From Mytilus trossulus (Eukaryota), in contig NC_086373.1 in assembly GCF_036588685.1 (NCBI RefSeq), positions 6,820,001-6,884,000 of the forward strand: 64,000 bases of DNA, read 5' to 3'. Below the pieces are notes generated by a model. It saw nothing but the letters and a program-made list of their open reading frames with translations. It was not told where the DNA came from and did no database searches. Made by a program: the position numbers and the translations under genes. Positions 49,666 to 60,800 of the stretch are shown piece by piece (within the stretch, counting starts at the first letter, position 1; the number at the start of each line of letters is the position of its first letter).

Positions 49666-52600
49666 TTATTTTGTGTCCTCCTCATTTGGTTCATTTCGTA
49701 ATATTATTGATATTCTTCTGTCTTTTGGTATAATTTGTCCTTTAAATTTAGATTCTGCTTCAGGAAGAACTTCATGGGAGTACTCATATCTTATTGCATC
49801 TCTGTAATAAAGAAAGTCCATGTATATTTGTTTTATAGTACATGTAAAACTTAGCCAATCAAGTATGCAATACAACATTTTTTTATAATTTGAAGTATCA
49901 TAATACGACTTTAACAAAAAGTTGGATATGATAATCAGAATTTTTTTTTGGTTGGGTTTTCAAACTATGGATTGTTTAAAGATTTATTTGTTATCATAAT
50001 AGCTAATTTTGCAAAATCTTTGCACTTTGTTAATGCTCTAAGGGAGTTCCCTTCTCATTTTCAAAGTAATTAACTTTACAAAACACTAGTTTACATTGAT
50101 AGGCAATTAATAAAGGAATCCAAAGAGCAAAAAAATACATAGGTCACCGTGCTTGTTTTCGAGATATAAGCCATTAAGATTTTGGCATGAAAATATTCGC
50201 TCTTGACTTTTCATAGCTTTATCATTGACAGGTTGAAGTTCTCAAAAACTGTTAAAAAGACATAAAAATTTTATAAAACTTTTACAGATGGCTTATCGTT
50301 TTATATGTAAAAGATTTACACAAAAAAAAATGGGGGGTCACTTGGGCAATTTTTTTCAAGGCATTCAAATGGATAAAACCAGAGGATTCCGAAAATTTGA
50401 CAAAAAATCCAAAACATGACAAGCCAGCTTCCTTAAACTAATTTTCATACTCAATAAATGAATCGCACTTAAAAAAATCTATAGTAAATTCATTGCTATC
50501 AATATCATGAGCTATCTCTTAATTTCATACTCACTTCATTATGTATAGTGACCTTCTTTTCAGTAATATATCTGCATATTTATTTTTATCTTTATCATGC
50601 ACCAATCTCATCACAGATGAAGACAATAAACTTAATCCAGCAATGGTATTACCACAAAACTGTAAGCAAAATTAAGTTCAGCATTATATTAAATATATAT
50701 AGTTAAGTCATTTCCCTAAACTTGTCGGATCGAAAATACAAGAATAAAGGAAGAAAAAGTTCTACCGGTTATAAGTTGTAATCTTTTCTAGAAAACCAAG
50801 GTATACAATGCAAGTGTTAAGTCACAAAGTCTCCTTTTTACAATGTACAAAATGTGTATGAAATACATTTTTGTAAGTGACATTCTTACAATGTGTTCAC
50901 TCCATATTTACAACATACTTTGACACAGATATAATTCAGTACATCAGATTGGTATGAAAATCATGCATACTATAAGATACCATTTCTTGTTAGGTTTTTT
51001 GCATCTATGGTAACTTCAATATATATTTAATATTGACATCCCCTAGATGTTACACTGACTTGGTAAATTAGTCCAAAGCCGCATGGTTAATTTGAAATTA
51101 AAATTACTGTCTTACAATTTATAAGGATAAATGAAGCATGTTCACTTTATTTATTAATTATTTTGCCATCCTTTATTGCTTACTGTTTGATGTGAGCCAA
51201 GGCTTCCTGTTGAAGTTCGTACTTTGACCTATAACTGTTTACTTTTTACACATGTGACATGGATGGAGACTGGAGAGTTGTCTCATTAGCACTCATTATC
51301 ATACTGCATCTTCTTATTTCTAATTCGATCATTTGATACTAATAATAAGACAGTCAGAATGTACTTTTGAAATGTCCAAGTTTTGAAAAAAATCATTTAA
51401 CAGGATGTGAACTAAATGCAGTTTAACTAATAAAATTTACTCCCAGACATTTATAATGAAAAATCCTGTCATAAATTATATTTTTTATAGTGCTTTTAGG
51501 TTGAATAAAATAAACAGATCTATCATTTTTTTCAATACTTTTGATATATATCATTCTATGTCATACAGTTGCTCAGATCTCACATTCAACTTGAGCTTAC
51601 ATGTATCTGTATTTAATTCTATTAAATCTCATCTGCTTATACTTGTACTTTGAAAAATATTTAAATATAAAATCTAAAATATTTTTAAAATACATAAACT
51701 GTTTCCTACCCTCTACATTTTCTTTTGCCTACAACCACCAACTTGGCACCAAGTTTAAAAATCAGAAAGTTACAAGAAATCGAAGATTATTGCACAATTT
51801 AAAAACTTCATTTTAGTTGAAAATATAAATCAAACAATGAAATGCACACTAATGTACATGTATGTACTTTGAATAAATTGTTTTTTGACAAAACCATTTT
51901 TTGGGGATTTTTAAAAGTTTTAAAATATGTTGAAGTTCAGTGAAAGCATCAACACATACGACTTCATGTATATTGGGATTTTAAATGAAACAACTGTCCA
52001 ACATAAACATATCCCTACTGCCTAAATATGTGGTTTGATATATCACTTTTTTTCATAGACAAGATTACAATGTACATACATGTTTATTAACTTTGGAACA
52101 ACTCACCCTTACTGCATCAATATGTGGTTTGATATATCCTTTCTTTTCTAGGTCTAAAATATGTACATAAGCTAACTTTGGAACTTCTGGTGGGAAAGCA
52201 ATTTCTTTAACTCTATTCAAAATTTTCTGGTTTTCTTCATTCCATGTTCTTCTTTCTGTTTCTCTAAATCCATGGATTGCCTACATTTATAAAAAAAAAA
52301 ACTTCATGTCATTTATAACAGTCAAGAACCAAACTCTAAAGAGGCTCTAAAGACTATCTACATATTAAGCAAAGGACACAGATGGATTCATGACAAACTT
52401 GTGTTTTTGGTGATGGTGAAGTGTTTGTAGATCTTACTTTAATGAACATTCTTGCTGCTTACCATTATCTGTATCTATAACGAACTTGGCCTAGTCGTTT
52501 ATACAGTGGAAAATATTTTGTAAAGATTTACAAAATTTATGAAAATTGTTTAAAATTTACTATAAAGAGCAATAACTCTTTAAGCGGTCAATTGACAACT

Positions 52601-55600
52601 TTGGTCATTTTGGCTTATTTGTAGATCTTACTTTGCTGTAGATTAATTAATTCTGCATACAGTTTATCTCTATCTATATTCAAAATAATAACCAAAAGCT
52701 GCACAATTTTCTTTAAATTACCATTTCAGGGGCAGCAACCCAAACAGGTTGCCTGAATGGTCTGAAAATTTTAGAGCAGATAGATCTTGTCATCTTGACC
52801 TACAAAATAAATCTTGACCTAAAAAAAAAAAATAACCGTGTCGGATTTGCTCTAAATGCTTTGGTTTCAGAGATATGAGCCAAAAACCGCACTTTACCCT
52901 ATGTACTATTTTTAGCCATGTCCGCCATTTTTTCTTCACGGGGAGGTTCATCAGACACATTTTTTAAACTAGATACCCTAATCTGCTAAATTAGGCTATT
53001 ATTTGAACTTGGAATTATTTTTAATTATGGAATTTGCCTAATTTCTTGTGTTTAAAATTTTTAATAAATTCCATGTTTATTTGGTATTATAATCTTTTGA
53101 GTGGTAAATAACACTTTCCATGCAACAATGTGCAATGTATTTTGGTTAGATAGTGTTGTGCGGCACAGTACATTCTATTGAAAATATACTATTTTTTTTG
53201 TAATAGAAAGTGTTGTGCACAGCACAGAACATTTCAGTACAGAATAAACATGGAATTTATTAAAAATTTCAATAACAAGAAATCAAGAAATCAAGCAAAT
53301 TCCATAATCAAAAATAATTCCAAGTTCAATGATTGTGGACAATTTGGGTTAAATAGTTTCAGAGCAGAAGATTTTTGAAAAATTACCAATTCAGGAGCAA
53401 CAACCTAACAAAGGGTTGTCCGATTCATCTGAAAGTTTCAGGGCAGATAGATCTTCGCCTTTAAACAATATTACAACATGTAAGATTTGCTCTTAATGCT
53501 TTGGTTTCAGAGATATAAGCCAAAATCTACATTTTACCCCTATGTTCTATTTTTAGCCCTGGCGACAATCTTGGTTGGTTGGCGGGTCAACAGACACATT
53601 ATTTAAACTAGATACTAAACTAGGATTTGTGACCATGTTTGGTTAAATTTAGCCCCGTAGTTCCAGAGGATAAGATTTTTGTAAAACTTAATGACAATGG
53701 ACTAGCATGTTCCCAAGAGATGAGAAAAGCTCACGTGGTCCTTCAAGTCAGGTGAGCTAAAAAATCAAACATTGACAAAGAATTATTATGATCATTGGAT
53801 ATTATCTTTCTTTATAAACATGCTGAAATTAAAATTATTAAATAATTATTTTCAAAAGATTTACAATAGTGCATATGTGATATGGTTGTCAACAAAAGAA
53901 AACATGTTGTCAGGGAATTCGTTTGATATCTGGAATATTCATGATATACATACTGCTTTAAATAAATTAATTTGGATACATTTGTATGTGCATTCCATTT
54001 AAGGTACAGTCAATGCAAGCAAAAAAAAAGTTCACAAACAATATTTAACCTTTCAATTTGACAAAAAAAAGGGTCAGGATCGTTCAATGGATGTAACCTT
54101 GTTCAACCATACGAGACAATGTAAATTAAGCAATCAGCTAAGTGTAAATGTACATCCCTTGAGCAGGTTGGGGATAACCCGCCAAATGGGGAACTATTCC
54201 CCAAATGAGTAACAATCCCTCATTTGAGTAATCATTTCATAGTGCTAAAAACTAAATTTTAAAAAAATGGGTCTTTTAAATTAAAATGGCACTAATTTAT
54301 AGGAAATGGAACAACTTCTCCCAAAGAACAATATTTTTTACTATGGGGTTTTAAAAAAGTTAGAAGCCTAGAAAATAGTCAGATTATCTGATATTCATAG
54401 GCTTGTATCTTCTCAGTAAATCAAGATAAGGATAATCATCTTTTGGAAAAGTTGCTGCATTTTTCATGAATATGTGCAGCTGCCATTTTTAGAAATAAGA
54501 CTCAATTAAGAAAAAAATGTTTTTAGCACTACAAATTGATTACTCAAATGAGGGATTGTTACTCATTTGGGGAACAGTTCCTCATGAGTTGCCACTCAAA
54601 CTCACCAACTCGTACCCTATTTTTACCAACTCATACTTCTACCAAATTATATCCAATATTTTTGAACACTATATTTTATTACATTGTATTTTGTAGATCC
54701 ATAAGAATATTTGAAAAGGATATTTTTTACTGAATATTGCGATGGACATGCACAGGCACTTGTCTCAGAAAAAAATTCCTATATACCTTATTATAACACA
54801 AGGTACTTAACATGCATTTTAGAAAAATGTGGGGTGATGACGAAGTTCCGTTATATGCCGCTTTATAGGATGTAAATCCCACTAAAGCTTGTTTTATCGT
54901 AAATCTAAATTGATTTATCTTTACAATGATGTATAACATGCCTACATTTATTGTCGGAATCATCCGTAGCAATCCTACCAAAGTATGTCAATCGTTATAA
55001 TTTTGCAAACCGCTGAAGAATTGGCAATAAACGCGTCATGCTCCTTGTATATCTCGGTTTCCGATTGTTCAATTCTATGGGAAAGTCTAAATGATTCTCT
55101 GAGTTATCTGATCTTGTTTCATTTCATACGTAAAGTCAAGAGTGAGTCTGAAAGACATTGACGTCATGGGAAAATTTGTAACTTATTAGATATACCACAA
55201 ACAACACTTGTTAGATTTATTTCACGGTATATCATACAATTTTACTTAGATTTATTTCACGGTATATCATACAATTTTACCATTTTACTAACTGTTTTTT
55301 TAAAACGATTTTTATAATAAATCATTTACTGCGGCCGTTTATTGCCAATTCTTCAGCGGATTGCAAAATTATTACGATTGACATACTTTGGTAGGATTGC
55401 TACGGATGATCCCGACAGCAAATGTAGGCATGTTATACACCATTGTATTGATAAATCAATCTAGATTTACGATATAACAAGCTTTAGTGGGGTTGATAGC
55501 CTATAAAGCAGCATATAACGGAACTTCGTCACCACCTAACATTTTTCTAAAATGCAAGTTAAGTACCTTGTGTTATAATAAGGTATATAGGAATTTTTTT

Positions 55601-56073
55601 CTGAGACAAGTGCCTGTGTGGACATGTCTTTTTTCTTCGTGTTAGTAGAAAATATTATTTAACATTATAGTGCTTCATATTTTATTATTTTGTAGATCTT
55701 CATGTACATGTTGAAGTATAAAGGCATCAAAGAAAAAAATTTTAATAGCCTTTCAAGACGTCATAATTATTTGGACTACCGTAATACTTACATTGTCCCA
55801 GTGGTCATATTCATATCTAAGCCTCCTCATATATGGGTCAACTTCATTAAAAAGTGACATTTCTTCATCTTCACTGAGGAAATCTTCTTGTACCAACATA
55901 TTGGTACGAATTTCTTTCTCTAAAGATATATCCTTCGTATCATAGTAAGTCGTTAAACTACGTGTATTTACGCCCTCATTTATTCGCATTGAAAACAGAT
56001 TAGTCAAATTGACCTTTTTAAATGGCTTCAGCAATCTGGTTAATTTCATTTTCCTTCCATAACTACGTAGCAT
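49666..56073 (-). CDS. ALKBH7: Alpha-ketoglutarate-dependent dioxygenase AlkB homolog 7, mitochondrial (~238 aa, 4 exons)
   Basis: Exons 56073-55792, 52280-52107, 50659-50535, 49801-49666; GT-AG, phases consistent. Motifs [66 protein letters not shown] (HxD...H and Arg residues of the 2OG-Fe(II) fold); basic N-terminal presequence. Confidence 0.96.
50042..50432. mobile_element. Degenerate Kolobok-type MITE
   Basis: CTAA-GGGAGTTCCCTTCTCAT ... ATGACAAGCCAGCTTCC-TTAA (imperfect TIR, 12 of 17 match). Confidence 0.5.
52337..53763. mobile_element. Helentron/pearl-like element with internal repeats and a nested inverted-repeat insertion
   Basis: GAGGCTCTAAAGA start; duplicated ~300 bp block (atttgctc...aatgctttggtttcagagatat at ~52845 and ~53485); ends AAAGCTCAC...CAGGTGAGCTAAAAAA like the 23408-24287 element. 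Confidence 0.7.
53003..53329. mobile_element. Inverted-repeat (MITE-like) insertion with ~90 bp arms
   Basis: TTGAACTTGGAATTATTTTTAATTATGGAATTTGC...TTTTTAATAAATTCCATGTTTATT versus AATAAACATGGAATTTATTAAAAA...GCAAATTCCATAATCAAAAATAATTCCAAGTTCAA. Confidence 0.72.
54187..54584. mobile_element. MITE with ~65 bp TIRs, unclassified
   Basis: TGGGGAACTATTCCCCAAATGAGTAACAATCCCTCATTTGAGTAATCA..TAGTGCTAAAAAC and its reverse complement at ~54519-54584; no clear TSD. Confidence 0.8.
54751..55618. mobile_element. Foldback element family C, ~280 bp TIRs, 8 bp TSD (P- or hAT-type)
   Basis: Arms 54751-~55032 and ~55337-55618; TSD TGGACATG at 54743-54750 and 55619-55626; 35 bp tandem duplication in the spacer. 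Confidence 0.95.
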
Positions 56074-56139
56074 CTTCTTCTACTTTGGCAGGGGTGACCT
56101 ACAACTGTTTAAAACCTTTGGGAAGTCGAAAGTTGTTGA

Positions 56140-56314
56140 CAAAAATCGCCATCTTGGTATCTGTATCAGGGCTGCGCTTTATATAAACCAATTTCAAAGA
56201 AATTACAAGCGCTAAATTGAACTAGATGAAACCGGAAGTAATCTGTATTTCCGTTTCCCACAGCAACCAGTATATACATCGTTCATTGAAAAGATACAAG
56301 AAAGCTCAAGAAAG
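56140..56314. promoter_or_regulatory. Bidirectional promoter ALKBH7 (-) / CFAP57 (+) with X-box, ETS and YY1-like motifs; non-coding CFAP57 first exon ending at 56314
   Basis: CGCCATCTT (YY1-like) at ~56147-56155; ACCGGAAGT at 56231-56239; RFX X-box-like GTTTCC-CAC-AGCAAC at 56253-56267; donor AAG|GTAACT at 56315 can join the acceptor at 57866. Confidence 0.72.
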
Positions 56315-56769
56315 GTAACTTATGTTTACATTTTACTCCAATATTTTGTTAAAAATATATTAGAGCTGTAATGAATATTGCATTGTTAAAACAATCATTC
56401 AGGTACATATAGTTGTCACAAAACTGCAGTCTGTACAAACAAAATTCTGTTTCTGAAAGTGTGATATGTTTCATCTGACATCTCATCTTCCAATAATTTC
56501 CAGGAGTCTTACACGACTGTAAATTGTTTTAGCACTATCAAACTGTGCAAGTTAATCTGTAAGATTCTTTAAAACCAATACTGATACAAATTTCAAATTA
56601 AAAAAACGCTGTTTACTTGAACCTGCCTGGACATTTTTTGAATTGTCTAGTTTCAATAGCTTCTATTGTATGTGTACTCGAGTTTCCACCAATTTAGACA
56701 CACCCCTTGATTGACTGCAAGGTACAGCGGATCCATGTACACTCCCTAAGTATTAATGGAGATGTGTCC

Positions 56770-57136
56770 TTTACAATATTATCCCAACACCACCCAAGGG
56801 AGCGTGTAGGACACCGGGGAAGTCTGTTATTATGGTGGAGGAAGATGAAGTTCTAGGAGAGAACCACCAGGCCACTCGGTGGAAACAGACAAACCAGAGA
56901 GATATCAGAAGATTGATCTCCAAGTCAAAGTACCTCTCAAAGAGGACAACTTTGGCCAACCGAGGCCCCCAAAGTACCCATTCTAGTTTAAACTCTGGTC
57001 TGGGTACCAGAGATGTGTGTGAGAGGGTGAAAATTACCCTTTTGATGTACTGATATTTTTAGCACCAGGAGTGAGAATCGAACTCGGGATCTTCAGCACT
57101 GTAGCCATCGGTCTTACATTGTAACCACTAGACCAC
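56770..57136 (-). mobile_element. tRNA-derived SINE (V-domain-like) in CFAP57 intron 1
   Basis: Minus strand: GTGGTCTAGTGG (A box) ... GAGTTCGATTC (B box), then a GTGGTTCTCTCCTAGAACTTCATCTTCCTCCACCAT core. Confidence 0.72.
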
Positions 57137-57887
57137 AAACTCACACAATTAGTATTGTGTTTGTCTGCTCCTAACACAAATTGTACAGACACATCCCCCT
57201 TCTTGATCCCTTTGCACCCAATTTTTTTTTATTAAATACTGGTCGAATTATTAGATGAATATCTATACTTCTAAAGGAAGAGAACAATTTAATAGAGCCA
57301 CAACTCCTCTGAAACCGTATAAAGTTAGAATAAACTTTATATAAATGTAGTGTTTTGTACATGTACTTCCTTAATTTGTCTTTTGAACAATCTTTTATCC
57401 ACCTACAACACCATTTCTTTTTAGAAATATACAAATTTTGAAGACCATAGCAAACTGTGTTTTATAAGATTTCGTGTGCATGCTTAGTCGATGTACATGT
57501 ACTGTCTGTAAAATTTATAATACGAAAATAACAACACTCATGTCATGAACTTTGTACAGGTTTTATACTTCTAAATCATATTGTTGTCACATATAAAGTT
57601 TTCCAGTTGTAGTAGGAAAAACAGGACAGGTTCAAACAAAGATTTTGGGCAGAGAAAATTATTCAACTTTTAATCATCACAGCTTTATTAATTATCATTG
57701 GACAATACCAATATTAAAATTCTAGGCTTAAAATAAGGTGTTTACTTTTTGTAAGTACTGCAATATAGTTACAGTTTTTTTCTAAATGTTCTGTTTATAT
57801 TCTTGTCAGGAAAAACAATGTAAAGACTAACCTGCTGAACATCTGGTTTTTATTTGATATTTTCAGGATTCTGAGAAATCTGTCAAG

Positions 57888-60800
57888 ATGGCAGCAGCCA
57901 ACTTTGATGCCAAGCACATCTTTGGTTTGAAACCAGGTGTAGCTGGAAATGTTTGTTACCATGATGAACAGACAATTGTGTATCCATCTGGAGCCAACTG
58001 TGTCATGTACAACATCGACCAGAAGACACAAAAATTCATCTTACCAACAGAAAAGAGTGAAGGAATGACAGCATTGGCAATAGGTCCAAACAGAAGATAT
58101 GTTGCCATAGCTGAAAAGGGAGAAAAACTTGTAATAAACATTTATGACCTGCACAATAACAGGAAGAAGAGATCTTTAGTGCAACCACCAGATATCAAAG
58201 CTACTGAATATGTCAGTCTTGCATTTTCACCTGATTCAAAGTATCTTATTGCACTGACAGGGAAACCAGATTACACCTTACTGTATTACACCTGGGAGAA
58301 ATCTAAAGTTTTGGCTTCAACAAAGACAACCAATCCACAAACCAATAATCCAGTTTATCAGGTATTTATAATCAATGTGTTTAAGACTTTATATAAAAAA
58401 AGATGTGGTACAATGTATGATTGCAAATGAGACAACTCTCCACAAGAGACCAAAATGACACAGACATTAACAACTATACAACATTTCCTTTTTTACCAGG
58501 ATGCTATATGAAATATCTGGGGAGAACACTGTATAGTATAGGTCACCGTACAGCCTTCAACAATGAGCAAAGCTTCATAGTCAGCTATAAAAGGCACCGA
58601 AATGACAATGTTAAACAATTCAAACGAGAAAACTAATGGCCTTATTTATTTTTAAAAATGAACGAAAAACAAATGGAAAGTTGATATATGCCACAAAGAA
58701 TAAGTTTTTTCAGGGTTTATAATAAAGAAGGTTAAGTTTTAAAATGCAGTATTTGATATTGTTAATTACTTTGTGAAAAAAATGGGAATTTCCCTTTAAT
58801 ATCCCATTCTTTACCAAATCAATTGTACCATGAATGACCTTTAATTGTGTCTGTAATCCATTTGTATTTTGTTGGAACCTAAGAATATATATTGTTCAAA
58901 ATATATTGTTAATTATCCCTTAAATCTCTTAAAAGTATGTTGCAATAAGTCATATTTTTGTTACCCTTTCAGGCTAGCTTCAACCCACAAGATAATACAC
59001 AACTGTGTGTAGTTGGCAATGGAATATTTAGAAACTTCCGCTACAGTGAGGGTAACCTCAAAGCTTTCAATTTCCAAAAGATGGAACCACAGAATTTCTT
59101 ATGCCATGCTTGGGTGTCAGAGGAAAGAGTGGTTGTTGGAACTGATACAGGAAAACTGCTGTTGTTTGAAAATGGAGAAATAAAAAATGAATTCAACATT
59201 GGAGCATCACTCCAAGACAAGTAGGTTTTCTTGAAGAAAAAAATATTTTTTATTAGTTTCTTGTACATAATTACCTTTATTTATATAATGGTTTTACAAT
59301 TTAAGATTCATAAATTATTGGAGACCATTAATATACATAAACAAATTACTTAGGAAAGCCTCCATCCAGTTATCAGTTATTTACATGTTTATAAAAATCT
59401 ACAACTCACTAAAGAATATTCATATGTTTTAATGGCAGCCAGTTTGTTTATATATTGATTGCCTGTTTTAGGAAGCAGGCAGATGATGATTCAAGCATTG
59501 TAACCATTCCACAAGTAACAGCAATAGTTGCCTATTCTAAAGGATTTGCCTGTGCCTGTGGTCCTGGAACTGTACATCTATATGAAAAGACAGACGATAA
59601 AGATTTGTTTAAAAAGTCTAAACAAATAAAGGTATTTATCCTCAGAAAACATCATTCATATAAATGTAAAAATATGATAGTTTCAATGAGTATAAAGAAC
59701 TATAAAACCATTATTTATTTTTGTTTTCTTTTCATTTTATGTTTATATATTTAATTATTTGTAATGCAAAATGTGTGTGTGTGTGTGTTTATCTTAATGA
59801 GAAACATTTTTAAAATTATTCTTACAGAAAAAATGATTTTTTTTTTGCAGATTCCTCAAGATAATTTCAGTTCTTATGCTACTAAAGCTCAGCAGCAAAT
59901 AATAACATGTTTGGCCATCAGTCCATCAGAAGAAACTCTTGTAGCTAGTACAGACCAAAGTCAGATTTATCATATACAGTTACCTAGTGCTGATCTTGGA
60001 AAGGTAATTTTGGAGTTTACATTATACATTAGACTGCTTAGTTGTATAATAAATGAGAACCATCAGATACAGCTTTAACATAAAAACTTCTCTTGTGGAA
60101 ACATCATGTTGATCTTAGTAACTGAAGAGCAATTAAAGTTTTGTTCTCATATTTTATGATTGTTTGGATTAATTTATTATTTAATGAACACATTTTCATG
60201 GTATGCACATCTGTATTTATCTATTCTTTTTTGTAATATAAGATTTGTTTAATTGTCTGATTATTAACTTTTATTGGCATTATCTTTTTCAGAGTGAAGG
60301 TGATGTTGTCCAGTTTGAAACTCTTTCTCAATCCTTCCATAGTGGACAGATTTTAGGTGTTGATATTTGTATCCGTAAACCACTGATAGCTACATGTTCT
60401 TTAGACAAATCTGTTAGAATATGGAATTATGAAAAATGGTATGGTTAATGATTTTACCTCTTAGTATTTAAACTTCCATAATACCAGCAGTATTACATGC
60501 ACCAAATATTTAGTAATATTTGTTAAAAAAAACCTCATGCAGACTTCATAATACATTTACTTCATATAACAAAAGTAAGTGATATAGGATTAAAAATAGT
60601 AGCCAATTATCTACATCTATCTAAGTTTCAAAGAGGAAAAGTTGATAACCCTCAAACTGTTTTGAGCCGTCCGTTGGAAAGAGTTTAGTTATCCCTTTTT
60701 ATGCCCCACCTACAATAGTAGAGGGGCATTATGTTTTCGGGTCTGTGCGTTCGTTCGTCCGTCTGTCTCTGCGTCTGTTCGCTTCAGGTTAAAGTTTTTG

